Assembly (NCBI GenBank): GCA_050693875.1
Contig: JBOGWP010000159.1
Location: forward strand, 6,003-70,002
Origin: Actinomycetota bacterium
GTDB lineage: Bacteria; Actinomycetota; CADDZG01; JAHWKV01; JBOGWP01
Length of the DNA: 64,000 nucleotides
Direction: 5' to 3'
Shown here in pieces: positions 19,307 to 29,291 of this stretch. The notes beneath the pieces were generated by a model. That model was not told the DNA's origin and did not search any database. It saw nothing but the letters and a program-made list of their open reading frames with translations. How positions within the stretch are numbered: position 1 is the stretch's first letter; each line of letters begins with the position of its first letter. Position numbers and translations under genes: made by a program.

Positions 19307-20578
19307 CTAGCTGCTCCGCCCCTCCAAGGCCACGATTGGCGAGTTGAGCGCCTGTCCGCCGGCGCTCCCCCTGAACGGCGCCCCGCCGAACGAGAACACC
19401 CCCCCGTCGGCAGCTCCCATCCAGTAGCCCTTGCCCAGCGGTTCGGTCGCCATCGACACGATCGGCGAGACCAGACGCAGGCTCCCGGTGGATCCGAGGA
19501 AGGGAGCGTCACCGAACGCGAAGACCCCGCCGTCGGACGCGACCAGCCAGTAGCCCTCACCTGAGGGGGTCACGTCGGCCGCGACGATCGGCCGGTTGAG
19601 CACCCTACCGCCGGTGGAGCCGAGGAAGGGGGCCTTGCTTCCGAACGCGAACACGCCGCCGTCGGCGGCGAACAGCCAGTAGCCGTCAGGCGGGGGGACA
19701 CCCCCCGCCTCCCCCCCCAGTCCTCCGCCCGAGGGCACCGCGGCGATCGCGACGATGGGTGAGTTGAGGCGGATGCCGCCGGTGGATCCGAGAAAGACTG
19801 CGTCTCCGAAGGCGAAGACGCCCCCGTCGGCCGCCACGAGCCAGTAGCCCGCACCGCTCGGGGTCGATGCCATCCCGACGATCGGAGAGTTGAGGCGGAT
19901 GCCGCCGGTGGAACCGTGGAAGCCCGATCGGCCGAAGGCGAAGATGCCGCCGTCCGAGGCGACCAGCCAGTACCCGAGGCCGGTAGGGTGCGACTTCATC
20001 GCCACGATCGGCCGGTTGAGCTTGGTCCCGCCGACTCCGCCGAGGAACGGAGCGTCGCCGAACGCAAACACTCCACCGTCGGCGCCCACCATCCAGTACC
20101 CCTGCCCCTCGCCGTTCTGGCCGACCCAGGTGGCGAAGACCGGCTCGCGGGGCCGGTCCTCCTCCTCCGGTGGGGGAGTGCCGTCGAGGGGTTCGTTGTC
20201 GGCATAGACGCGCAGGCGGAAGGTGCCCGGGGTTGCGGAGGTGAAGCTGAAGAAGGCCCGCCCGTCGGCGCTCGTGCCGCCCGTCTGGGGATCGATCTCC
20301 GGGCCGAAGTCGCTGCAGTCGGCGTTCAGGCACTGGAGCTTTACAGCCACCAGCTCCTGATCGGGGTTCGGGGTCCCGTCGGCCCGCCTTGCGACGACGG
20401 CGATCTCGTGGATCTCCCCAACCGGAAGGACCCCTGCCGCGGGCCCGATGGTGAGCGTCGCAGTTGCAGCGGCCGGAACCGCACCGGCTGGGGCCCACGC
20501 CGTCGCGAGGACCGCGGCGATCGCGAAAGACAGCGTCGCGATGCTCCGCCGGTGGGGACTGCCGAATGAGGTCTTCAT
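19307..20578 (-). CDS. secreted protein: N-terminal Ig-like domain plus six C-terminal ~38-aa GYW/DGGVF repeats
   Basis: Signal peptide after MKTSFGS. Repeats are of the form [36 protein letters not shown]. Confidence 0.7.
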   Translation of the reverse strand: MKTSFGSPHRRSIATLSFAIAAVLATAWAPAGAVPAAATATLTIGPAAGVLPVGEIHEIAVVARRADGTPNPDQELVAVKLQCLNADCSDFGPEIDPQTGGTSADGRAFFSFTSATPGTFRLRVYADNEPLDGTPPPEEEDRPREPVFATWVGQNGEGQGYWMVGADGGVFAFGDAPFLGGVGGTKLNRPIVAMKSHPTGLGYWLVASDGGIFAFGRSGFHGSTGGIRLNSPIVGMASTPSGAGYWLVAADGGVFAFGDAVFLGSTGGIRLNSPIVAIAAVPSGGGLGGEAGGVPPPDGYWLFAADGGVFAFGSKAPFLGSTGGRVLNRPIVAADVTPSGEGYWLVASDGGVFAFGDAPFLGSTGSLRLVSPIVSMATEPLGKGYWMGAADGGVFSFGGAPFRGSAGGQALNSPIVALEGRSS

Positions 20579-21021
20579 GCTCCCTCCTGTCCGCCCCCCA
20601 GTGCCGGGGCCAAGTAAACCATTGAACGCGGTGAGTGGGTTGAGGTCGGCGCCTGTGGCGATCGCCGAACGCACCCGGGGCTAGGCGAACAATCCGGAGG
20701 TTTTGCTCGTCTCTTCGCGGTAGGAAAATTCATCGGCCTTTTCCGTAGTTTGCAGGTATCCCCCGGGCCCCGCACACCGAATAATTCGACCTTTGGAAGG
20801 CCGAGCCTGGGTCTCGGCCGGGGAGCAGCCAGGGGGTCGGGGGCGACCGCTCTCTTGCCTGCACCATCCGCGGTTTCACGGCGCGCGAGGAGGACCTGAT
20901 GGATCGAGGTAAGGCACGACGGAGCCTGGGGGCAGCGGGAGACATCCTCGCCGGAGGGAAAGGGCCGCACTCGCGGCGGCAGTCGCCGGGCAAACGAAGC
21001 CGGCTGCGCGCGTGGTCGCCG

Positions 21022-22872
21022 ATGATCGTTGGGTTCCTCCTCCTGCTGATGGGGGCGACCGCGGCGTTCGCACCCCCCGCACCTTCTGTCAGCCTCGACT
21101 TCGAGGCCGCCAATCCGACCACCTACGACCACTCCGACGGCGAGGGGGGAGGGACGCACGCGACCTCGGTCGAGTCACTGGAGGGCAAGGACTTCGCCTG
21201 CGGCGACCACGTGATCTACCTGGCCTACCTCACCGCCGAGGCCAACGTCCTGGCGAACTCGACGGTGGAGATCGACCTCGCCCTCGACAACGAGACCACC
21301 TCGAACAGCGAGGCCGGGTTCCTCCAGTTGCTCGAGGCCGAGATCAACACCGACCCCGCCAACGTGCTGAGCGGCAACGAGGCGGTCACGATCTCCTCTA
21401 CCGAGACGGCGACGGCACCCGGTGACCTTGCCGACGGAACCGTCGACTCCACCATCACCATCACGGGCGTCGACGCGAACGAGGCGATCGTGGTCCGGCT
21501 CGAGGGGCTGCTCGGCTGCGGCAGCGGCAAGATCACCGGCAACATCCACGCCCGGGCTGAGGCAATGCGCCTCAACGACGAAAACCAGTCGCTCGGGGCG
21601 CAGGACGTCCCCCTGATCGGCGCGGGGGAGATCGCCCGCGGCTCGCTGACGATCGTGAAGATCAGCGTCGGCGGGGTGGGGACCTTCACGTTCGATGTGA
21701 ACTGCACGCCCGACACGCCGACGTCCTTCGACCAGACCGACATCCCGATCACGACCACGACCCCTGGCGATCCCGTCTCGCACAACATTCCGGACATCCC
21801 GGTCGGCACGGTCTGCACCGTCACCGAGGACACACCACCCAGTGATTTCACGCTCACGAATACGGATCCCGCGACCGGCACGGTGACCATTGACGCCGAC
21901 GGGGAGACCGTGACCTTTACCAACACCCGCAAGACCGGAAGCCTCGTGATCGACAAGACCGTCGTCGGAGGCACCGGGTCGGAGAGCTTCTCGGTCGACG
22001 TCGATTGCAACGACGGGACGGCTCACGACAAGAGCAACGAGCCGATCACCGACACCACCGACATCACCATCACCGGCATCCCCACCGGGACGGTCTGCAC
22101 TGTCACCGAGGACGCCGATCCGCTCTTCACCACCACCATCGTCGACAGTGACGCCACCGACGACGGGGTGGTGACGATCGATGAGAACGGCGAGACGGTC
22201 AGCATCACCAACACCCGCAAGACCGGCGACCTGATCGTCGACAAGAACACCGAGTTCGGAGCGCACCAGGACCATGTGTTCACATTCCACGTCGACTGCG
22301 ACGGGACGGCCTTCGACTCGACGTTCACCCTCACGCCCGGCGACCCGCCCCATGAGATCACCGGCATCCCCACCGGCACGGTCTGCACCGTCACCGAGGA
22401 TTCGGACCCGGACTTCGAGCTCGTCTCCGTCACGCCCCCGGGCGGCACCGTGACGATCGTGGTCGGCGACACCACGGTCACATTCGTCAACAGCTTTCGC
22501 CACAACAACCAGGGATGCACGCCCGGCTACTGGAAGAACCATCTGGACGCGTGGCCGCCCACCGGCTACAGCCCGAACCAGACCCTGGAGAGCGTCTTCA
22601 ACGTTCCGAACGAGTTCGGTCTGGACAGCAAGACGCTGCTCCAGGCACTCTCGTTCCAGGGCGGGTCGACCAGGAAGGCCGCGGCCAGGATTCTCCTCCG
22701 CGCGGGGGTGGCGGCCCTGCTGAACTCGGCGCACCCCGACGTCGACTACCCGCTGACGACCGCCGAGGTCATCAGCAAGGTGAACACCGCCCTCACCAAG
22801 AGCCGGAGCGCCATGCTCACCCTTGCCAAGCAGCTGGACCAGAAGAACAACCTGGGCTGCCCGCTGTCGTAG
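21022..22872 (+). CDS. secreted protein with three tandem ~90-aa Cys-pair repeats and a C-terminal Cys-containing domain
   Basis: Signal peptide MIVGFLLLLMGATAAFA. Three repeats of the pattern FxVxCxxxx...ITGIPTGTVCTVTED...TVT(F/I)xNT. Resembles actinobacterial surface Ig-like (DUF5979-type) domains. Confidence 0.6.
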   Translation: MIVGFLLLLMGATAAFAPPAPSVSLDFEAANPTTYDHSDGEGGGTHATSVESLEGKDFACGDHVIYLAYLTAEANVLANSTVEIDLALDNETTSNSEAGFLQLLEAEINTDPANVLSGNEAVTISSTETATAPGDLADGTVDSTITITGVDANEAIVVRLEGLLGCGSGKITGNIHARAEAMRLNDENQSLGAQDVPLIGAGEIARGSLTIVKISVGGVGTFTFDVNCTPDTPTSFDQTDIPITTTTPGDPVSHNIPDIPVGTVCTVTEDTPPSDFTLTNTDPATGTVTIDADGETVTFTNTRKTGSLVIDKTVVGGTGSESFSVDVDCNDGTAHDKSNEPITDTTDITITGIPTGTVCTVTEDADPLFTTTIVDSDATDDGVVTIDENGETVSITNTRKTGDLIVDKNTEFGAHQDHVFTFHVDCDGTAFDSTFTLTPGDPPHEITGIPTGTVCTVTEDSDPDFELVSVTPPGGTVTIVVGDTTVTFVNSFRHNNQGCTPGYWKNHLDAWPPTGYSPNQTLESVFNVPNEFGLDSKTLLQALSFQGGSTRKAAARILLRAGVAALLNSAHPDVDYPLTTAEVISKVNTALTKSRSAMLTLAKQLDQKNNLGCPLS

Positions 22873-22896
22873 GGGCCCGATCGAACGGACGCAGGG

Positions 22897-23604
22897 TCAG
22901 GGCCGGCGTGCCAGGCAGACCCAGGAAAGCCCGCGGACGAAGGCGGGCCAGCGGTCGAAGAGGAGGCGCTCCGACCCGAAGATTGCCGTGAGAATCCGGT
23001 TGCCGAGCGGGCCGGGGGTCGAGTCGCCTACCTTGTCGAGGCGCCGGAGCACCGCGGCGACGGGATACATCCATACGTTCATCGGGCAGAGCAGCGTGAT
23101 CTTCAGCCCGGCCGCCACCACGAGCTTCTCGAGGGCCGCCCGCGTGTAGCGCCGCTGGTGATCGACCGCCTCATCGTGGCGGGACCACAGGTGGGGGTGC
23201 GCCGGGACCGAGATCAGAACGAAGCCACCAGGAGCCACGATGCGGGCGAGCTCGGCGGCCGAGGCCGCGTCGTCCGGGATGTGCTCGAGCACGTCCAGGC
23301 AGCACACTAGCTGGAGGCTTCGGTCGGGGAAGGGAAGCGGCCCGGGGAGCGTTGCGTCGTGGACCAGCTCCGGGTCCACGCCGGCGGAGGCGATCGCCGC
23401 TCGAAGCGAAGGGTCCGCCTCCACGAGGCGCACCGGACGAAAACGGCGGGCGAGTCGCGTGCCCCAGATCCCGGTCCCGGCGCCGACGTCGAGCGCCCAC
23501 CCGCCGGGCGGCACGCGACGGGCGACGATCTCGTCCAGCACGCGAAGACGGCCCTGGACCCACCAGTGGGTGTCGGAGAGGACTCCGTAGGCGAGGTCGG
23601 CCAT
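22897..23604 (-). CDS. class I SAM-dependent methyltransferase
   Basis: Motif I LDVGAGTGIWG and post-I CLDVLEHIPDD. Confidence 0.75.
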   Translation of the reverse strand: MADLAYGVLSDTHWWVQGRLRVLDEIVARRVPPGGWALDVGAGTGIWGTRLARRFRPVRLVEADPSLRAAIASAGVDPELVHDATLPGPLPFPDRSLQLVCCLDVLEHIPDDAASAAELARIVAPGGFVLISVPAHPHLWSRHDEAVDHQRRYTRAALEKLVVAAGLKITLLCPMNVWMYPVAAVLRRLDKVGDSTPGPLGNRILTAIFGSERLLFDRWPAFVRGLSWVCLARRP

Positions 23605-23608
23605 CAGG

Positions 23609-24270
23609 TCAGCGCCGGTGCCCGACGACGAGGTGGTGGGGGTGAAGATAGCCGCGGTGGATGGCGGACTCGGCCACGTCGAGCCCCGCTGCTCCCATCC
23701 ATCCCGCCAGCATTGCGGGCGGCACGAACGAGATTCCCGCCCCCTCGGTGATCCGTGCCAGCCGGACCGAGACGATCTCCTGTACCACCGCGAGGCCGTA
23801 CTTCCACCGCGGCTGCATCGCCACCTCCTTCACGACGAGCGCCCCTCCGTCTCCGAGTGCCGCGGCGCAGTGCTCGACGAAGGGCCGCTGGGCGGCGCGA
23901 TCGAGCAGGTAGAGCACGTCGATCACCACGACCGCGTCCCACGGACCGCGCGGAAGCGCGCCGAGGGACGTCTGCCGGAACTCCACGCTCGCCCCGAGAC
24001 GCCGAGCCCGCGCCGCGGCGGCCTGTGCGGCCGCGATCTTGTCGCCGTCGGTGTCGATCCCGACCACGCTTCGTCGGGGCGATTCGAGCGCCAGCCACAA
24101 CGATGCGAGCCCGTGTCCGCACCCGACCTCGAGCACCCGCCCCTCGCGGGGCACGGCGCCACCGATCCGCGGGAAGGGGCACGTCCACCACCGGAGGCGG
24201 AGGTGCGCTCGCACGGAGGGAGGGGCCTGCCCGAAGAGGTCGAGCGGGTGCGCCTTCGGGCGTGTGGTGG
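23609..24270 (-). CDS. class I SAM-dependent methyltransferase
   Basis: Motif I VLEVGCGHGLASLWLA and an acidic loop VVVIDVLYLLD. The start is uncertain; a GTG just after the upstream stop was chosen, and the longer ORFs in the track are Arg-rich shadows. Confidence 0.55.
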
Positions 24271-25125
24271 TCACCACGGCCGGCGAGAGACCGGGGCCAG
24301 GGAGGCCGGCGTCCCCAGGTGGAAGCCTCCACGTGCCACCGCCTGCGCCGCGCGGGCGCTGCAGAGCGCTTCGAGCTCCTCCGCCCAGCGGTAGCCCCAC
24401 CGGTACCGTTCGCGTTCGGGATCGTGGGGGCTCCCGGGATGACAGCAGAGCTCGGCCGAGGACGCGCCCTCTGCGGCGAGGCGTCCGACCATCTGCTCGA
24501 GCATGGACGTCGAGATCCGGCCGGACTCGTCGAGTCCGGCGAAGGACGCGGGGAAGCGGAGCCCGGCGGCGGAGGCGCGTTGGGCCAGCCGGCGGGCGAG
24601 CCGGTTGACCGCCCGCCCCACCGCACGTCCGGCCCGCGAACGGGGGACACGAAGGGCTGGGATCGCGCGCCGCTGGGCGATGCCGATGACCACGTCGCCG
24701 ACCGGGGGCCACAGGTGCAGGTGCTGATGGGCGTCCACGTGGGTGAGGGGCACCCCGAGGCCTGCGACTCGCTCGGCCTGGGCGTCGAACTCACGTCGCA
24801 GGTCGTCGGCGTCGATCCGCCCCGCCGCGGCCCGGCGTACGAACGATCGCCAGGAAGGTGCCAGCCGGCCTCGCCGGTCGACCAGCGTCGGGATCTCGCG
24901 CGCCGAGAGCAGGGGTGGATCCTCGCCAACCGCGGCGAGGTGCGCCCCCACGCCGAGCTCCCCAGAATCCGCGAGCAGCGACGCGGTACGGTCGAGCGCG
25001 GGCCCGAGGGCCAGCACCGACGTCGAGGTCACGATGCCCCGGTGGTGCGCCTCGAGGATGCCCAGGGAGACTCCCTCGGTGAGGCCGTAGTCATCCGCGG
25101 TGACGATCAGGAGGTCCGGGGTCAA
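24271..25125 (-). CDS. ChbG/YdjC-family carbohydrate deacetylase
   Basis: N-terminal LIVTADDYGLTEGVSLGILEAHHRGIVTSTSV and HVDAHQHLH match the YdjC family. TTG start. Confidence 0.75.
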   Translation of the reverse strand: MTPDLLIVTADDYGLTEGVSLGILEAHHRGIVTSTSVLALGPALDRTASLLADSGELGVGAHLAAVGEDPPLLSAREIPTLVDRRGRLAPSWRSFVRRAAAGRIDADDLRREFDAQAERVAGLGVPLTHVDAHQHLHLWPPVGDVVIGIAQRRAIPALRVPRSRAGRAVGRAVNRLARRLAQRASAAGLRFPASFAGLDESGRISTSMLEQMVGRLAAEGASSAELCCHPGSPHDPERERYRWGYRWAEELEALCSARAAQAVARGGFHLGTPASLAPVSRRPW

Positions 25126-25985
25126 TCGTCCCTCGTCGCGTCCACCGCTTGAGCGACGGGCCGCTCGGGACGGCGCGGGTCGAGTCGGTCGGGTCCGCGG
25201 CCTCGTCGCCGGTTCCTGTAGCCGAGTGGCCGCAGCCGAAGCGTCTGCGGCGGGAGCCGGCGGACGCCGCTGAGCTCGCTGCGCAGCGCCGACATCTCGC
25301 GAAGCACCTGCAGGATCACCGACCCGGACGACAGCGTCGAGGGCCCGCGCGTCCGGGCGAAGTAGTCCACGCCGAACTGGATGACGCCGTAACCCAGGCG
25401 ATGGGCCCGCACCAGCAGCTCGGCGTCGATGAAAGATCCCTCGCTTTTCAGCGAGAGGTGGTCGAAGATCCGCCGGCGGCAGAGCTTGAAGGAGAAGTTA
25501 ACGTCCCGGATGCGGAAATGGAAGAGGGCACGAACGAGCAGGTTGTAGCCCCAAGAGTAAAGAGCGCGGCGGGGCCCCTCGCTGGTTCGGTCGTGCCGGT
25601 AGGCGCTGACGACGTCGGCGCCGTAGATGCGCATCAGCCGGCAGGCCTTGCGCAGCTCTCCGAAGTCGAAGGGAAGGTCGGCGTCGGCGTAGCAGACCAG
25701 CTCTCCACGGGCCTCGGAGAACCCCGTCTTCAGCGAGCCGCCAAGCTTGCGATTGACCGGGTGGTGCACAACGCGAACATGGCGATCGTCGGCGGCCAGC
25801 TCCTCGCCGATCTTGCCGGTGGCGTCGGTGGATGCGTCGTCGACGACGAGAATCTCGTAGTCGGCGATCTCTCCCTCCGCGACGAGCTCCCTGCAGGTCT
25901 CGAGGGCTGCCGCGACCGCGGGCCGGATGTACGCCTCCTCGTTGTGCATCGGAAAGAAGACGGTGAGCGAGGAGAAGTTGGGCAT
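25122..25985 (-). CDS. GT2 polyprenol-phosphate glycosyltransferase (Ppm1/DPM1-like)
   Basis: Has the GT-A DxD region (EILVVDDASTDATG, YADADL) and the DPM1-like length and layout. Start at MPNFSSLTVFFP; the 711-aa ORF in the track is an upstream shadow. Confidence 0.8.
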   Translation of the reverse strand: MPNFSSLTVFFPMHNEEAYIRPAVAAALETCRELVAEGEIADYEILVVDDASTDATGKIGEELAADDRHVRVVHHPVNRKLGGSLKTGFSEARGELVCYADADLPFDFGELRKACRLMRIYGADVVSAYRHDRTSEGPRRALYSWGYNLLVRALFHFRIRDVNFSFKLCRRRIFDHLSLKSEGSFIDAELLVRAHRLGYGVIQFGVDYFARTRGPSTLSSGSVILQVLREMSALRSELSGVRRLPPQTLRLRPLGYRNRRRGRGPDRLDPRRPERPVAQAVDATRDD

Positions 25986-25987
25986 GG

Positions 25988-27223
25988 CTACGAGAGGTAC
26001 CAGCCCTGCGCGAAGAGCGCCGTGAAGGTGACCAGGAGCATTGTCGAGAGCCCCAGCAGGGCCATCGCGAGCCGCGGCCGCCCTTCGAGCAGGTCGGGGA
26101 GCACCGCGAAGCAGGGGAAGGCTGCGAGGATGTATCGCCCCATACCGGTGAAGTCCTTGCTCGCGATCGCCGGGAGGGCCAGCACGGCCAGAGCATATCC
26201 CCCGTAGCCCCACCCGAGGCGCCGGAACACCCGCGGGACGAGCACCAGCGCGCCCACCGCGAGGACGGCGTGGATGACGATCCGTGCCTGGCCAGGGTGC
26301 ACCGGGGGGATCGCGGCGAGCGCCTTGAAGAAGCTCAGCTTGAACCAGGTCGCAGGCCCAGCCCCTTGATCCCACCCGGGAGCCGATTGGGTTGCGGCGA
26401 AGGCGAGTGGGTCGCCGAATCGCTCCCACAGGTAGGCGAGATAGGCGACGAAGCCGAGGGGGGCGAGCAGCAATCCGGCGTCCCCCGGGCGGAGCGCTCG
26501 GAGGTTGAGCGAGTTGCCACGGCCTTCCGTCGCCGCCCCTCGGACCACACCTCGGCGTTCGAGCTGGCGAAGGAACAGCCCGGCGACGATCGCAGGGCCG
26601 ACCGGGCGCGTTGCCCCGGCGAGCAGCGCGAGCAGGCCGGCCGCCCAGGGCCGGTCGTGCTCGAGGAGGACGAATGCCCCGAGCGTGAGCGCGAGGAACA
26701 GCCCGTCGGCGTAGACCGCCCCGACGAGGAAGAACGAGAAGGGGTAGAAGGCGAGCGCGATCGAGGCGATGTCGGCCCGGTCCGCCCCGATCCGCCCTGC
26801 GCACCAGCGGTGGAAGAGCGACACCGAGGCGGCGCCGGCGACGAAGGTGAGCGCGATGCCGGCGTAGAAGGGGTTCGCACCAAGGTTCCTGGCGAGTCGA
26901 AGCGCCAGAGGATACAGGGGGAAGAAGGCGACGCCGGACGGGCGTCCCGGCTCGTAGGAGTAGCCGTGCTCGGCGATCCCCACGTACCAACCGGCATCCC
27001 AGCGCGCCCAAGAATCCAGCCATGGGCTCGCGGGGAGGTAGACGGGGTGTTCGGGGTTGTGCCCGGCGGTCGCGGCCACTCCGGCGGACACGATCACGAC
27101 GGCTGCAGCGACGACAAAGACGAGCAACGCCACGGCCCGGCGGCGGCGAGCGGGGGGCCGGGTGCGGACCTCGTCGGGAGTGTGAAGATCCTTCTCGGTG
27201 CTGCTCTGCACAGGAGCGCCCAT
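25988..27223 (-). CDS. PIG-V-like (Mannosyl_trans2, GT-C) integral-membrane mannosyltransferase, paralogue 1
   Basis: Multi-TM protein with the family signature near the N-terminus (WARWDAGWYVGIAEHGY ... AFFPLYP). Confidence 0.6.
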   Translation of the reverse strand: MGAPVQSSTEKDLHTPDEVRTRPPARRRRAVALLVFVVAAAVVIVSAGVAATAGHNPEHPVYLPASPWLDSWARWDAGWYVGIAEHGYSYEPGRPSGVAFFPLYPLALRLARNLGANPFYAGIALTFVAGAASVSLFHRWCAGRIGADRADIASIALAFYPFSFFLVGAVYADGLFLALTLGAFVLLEHDRPWAAGLLALLAGATRPVGPAIVAGLFLRQLERRGVVRGAATEGRGNSLNLRALRPGDAGLLLAPLGFVAYLAYLWERFGDPLAFAATQSAPGWDQGAGPATWFKLSFFKALAAIPPVHPGQARIVIHAVLAVGALVLVPRVFRRLGWGYGGYALAVLALPAIASKDFTGMGRYILAAFPCFAVLPDLLEGRPRLAMALLGLSTMLLVTFTALFAQGWYLS

Positions 27224-27348
27224 TATCCTCCGTCGTTCTCTCGGCCAAACTTCTCAAAATGCCTCATCCGTCCACTCTTGACATCAGTACCCCCCGCCCA
27301 TAGCGTGTCCCCGGCGGGGGGTCGGTACCAAACGAGAAGGAGGCCACA

Positions 27349-29193
27349 TTGCGACGTCGCACGCTCCTTGCCCACTCCGCCTTCCTGCTGGCCACCCTCG
27401 GCGTGTTCCCCGCATCGGGGGCCGAACAGACCATCGGCGCCGGGGCGACACTGAAGGATGCCGGCGGCGCCGATATTGGGTTCGTCTTCTTCGAGCAGGT
27501 CGGCGATGAGGTCGGGGTGGTCGTCGAGGTCCACGGGGGCATCGACCCCGGCTTCCACGGGTTCCACATTCACGACGTGGGCGACTGCACCGGCCCGACC
27601 TTCGTCTCGGCCGGTCTGCATTTCAAGCCAGGCAGCACCGATCACGCCGCCCATGCCGGCGACCTGCCGGCGCTCCTCGTGAACCAGGGCAACGCCGCGG
27701 TGGCCACCTTCATGACCGACCGCTTCGAGGTCTCCGACCTCTTTGGGGGAGACGGCACCTCGATCGTGATCCACGCCGACCCCGACAACTACGCCAACAT
27801 CCCCGACCGCTACTCCTCGAACGAGGGGGGTGCGCCGCCGACGGGGCCGGATACCACGACGCTGACTGCTGGCGACTCCGGCGACCGCGTGGCCTGCGGC
27901 GTGATCGAGGGCGCCGACGAGATGGCCTCGGACTTGAAGGCGGCAGAGGCTGCGTTCACCTCACCCGGCTATTGGATGGTGGCCTCAGACGGCGGCGTGT
28001 TCGCCTTCGACGCACCGTTCAAGGGCTCCACCGGCGGGATCGCCCTGAACCAGCCCATCGTCGCGATGGACGGAACCCCGTCAGGGGAGGGCTATTGGAT
28101 GGTGGCCTCAGACGGCGGTGTGTTCGCCTTTGCCGACGCCGGGTTCAAAGGGTCGACCGGCGGAACGAAGCTCAACAAGCCGATCGTCTCGATGGCGGCG
28201 ACCGAGACCGGAAACGGCTATTGGATGGCTGCGAGCGACGGCGGCGTCTTCGCCTTCGGCGACGCCGGCTTCCTCGGCTCCACGGGAGGGATCACCCTGA
28301 ACTCGCCGATCGTCGGCATGGCCGGCCGGCACCCGGGTGCTCAGGCCGACATCAAGAACACCGCCGGCCAGGTCGTCGGCCGCGCACGCTTCGAGGAGGC
28401 GGACGGTGCGCTGTTCGTCACGGCGGAGCTCAGCGGGCTGACGCCCGGCTTTCACGGGTTCCACATCCACACGACGGGAGAGTGCACGGGGAGCTTCACC
28501 TCCGCCGGTGGACATATCAACCCGGCGCCGGCCCAGCCCCACGGTGACCACATCGGCGACCTCCCCGTGCTGCTGGTCGAGGCCGACGGGACCGTCACGG
28601 GGGCCACATACGCGACCGACCGCTTCACGCTCGCCGACCTCTTCGACGCCGACGGGAGCGCGCTCGTCGTGCACTCCGCTCCAGACAACTTCGCCAACAT
28701 CCCAGACCGCTACTCCTCGAGCGAGCCCGGCGCGCCGGCGACGGGGGCGGACGCCACGACGCTCGCCGCGGGGGACTCGGGCTCGAGAGTGGCCTGCGGG
28801 GTCGTCGAGGGTTCGGACAAGCCCGGCTACTGGATGGCGGCTGCCGACGGCGGCGTGTTCGCCTTCGGCGGAGCGGCCTTCCACGGCTCTACCGGGTCGA
28901 TCAAGCTCAACAAGCAGATCGTGGGCATGGCGGCAACCCCAAGTGGCCAGGGCTACTGGCTGGTCGCCTCGGATGGCGGGGTCTTCGCCTTCGGAGATGC
29001 CAAATTCCACGGCTCCACCGGTTCGATCAAGCTCAACTCGCCGATCGTCGGGATCGCATCCACACGAACCGGTGAGGGCTACTGGCTGGTTGCCGCAGAC
29101 GGCGGTGTGTTCGCCTTCGGTGACGCCGAGTTCAAGGGGTCGACCGGCAGTCTCAAGCTCAACAAACCGATCGTGGCGGTGGCCGCCGCCTAG
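27349..29193 (+). CDS. secreted tandem Cu/Zn superoxide dismutase (SodC) domains, each followed by three GYW/DGGVF repeats
   Basis: TTG start with a GAAGGAGG RBS, then a signal peptide. Both SodC domains have the full ligand set (HGFHIHD; H..H..H..D; IVIHADPDN; GDSGDRVACGVIEG). Confidence 0.8.
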   Translation: MRRRTLLAHSAFLLATLGVFPASGAEQTIGAGATLKDAGGADIGFVFFEQVGDEVGVVVEVHGGIDPGFHGFHIHDVGDCTGPTFVSAGLHFKPGSTDHAAHAGDLPALLVNQGNAAVATFMTDRFEVSDLFGGDGTSIVIHADPDNYANIPDRYSSNEGGAPPTGPDTTTLTAGDSGDRVACGVIEGADEMASDLKAAEAAFTSPGYWMVASDGGVFAFDAPFKGSTGGIALNQPIVAMDGTPSGEGYWMVASDGGVFAFADAGFKGSTGGTKLNKPIVSMAATETGNGYWMAASDGGVFAFGDAGFLGSTGGITLNSPIVGMAGRHPGAQADIKNTAGQVVGRARFEEADGALFVTAELSGLTPGFHGFHIHTTGECTGSFTSAGGHINPAPAQPHGDHIGDLPVLLVEADGTVTGATYATDRFTLADLFDADGSALVVHSAPDNFANIPDRYSSSEPGAPATGADATTLAAGDSGSRVACGVVEGSDKPGYWMAAADGGVFAFGGAAFHGSTGSIKLNKQIVGMAATPSGQGYWLVASDGGVFAFGDAKFHGSTGSIKLNSPIVGIASTRTGEGYWLVAADGGVFAFGDAEFKGSTGSLKLNKPIVAVAAA

Positions 29194-29291
29194 CCGCGCA
29201 ATCGAGGGCGCCCGCGCCGTTCGCGGCGCGGGCACTGCGGGCTGGGCTGCGTGCGGCCCGCGCGAAGCCACCAGCCGACGTCCGCAGCCGG

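Noticed and set aside
16674-19310. 878-aa plus-strand ORF, along with other long Arg/Pro/Gly-rich ORFs such as 14291-15460, 23755-25152, 9593-10708, 39253-41310 and 43579-45405
   Set aside because: These are antisense or out-of-frame shadows of well-supported genes on the other strand (glpK, ugd-like, GT4 and others). Their low-complexity Arg/Pro/Gly composition is typical of non-coding frames in roughly 70% GC DNA, and they have no motifs.
25986-27257. N-terminal 420 aa of the 711-aa minus ORF 25122-27257
   Set aside because: Only the C-terminal 287 aa (from MPNFSS) form a GT2 domain. The upstream part is Arg/Pro-rich and overlaps the real PIG-V-like gene in another frame.
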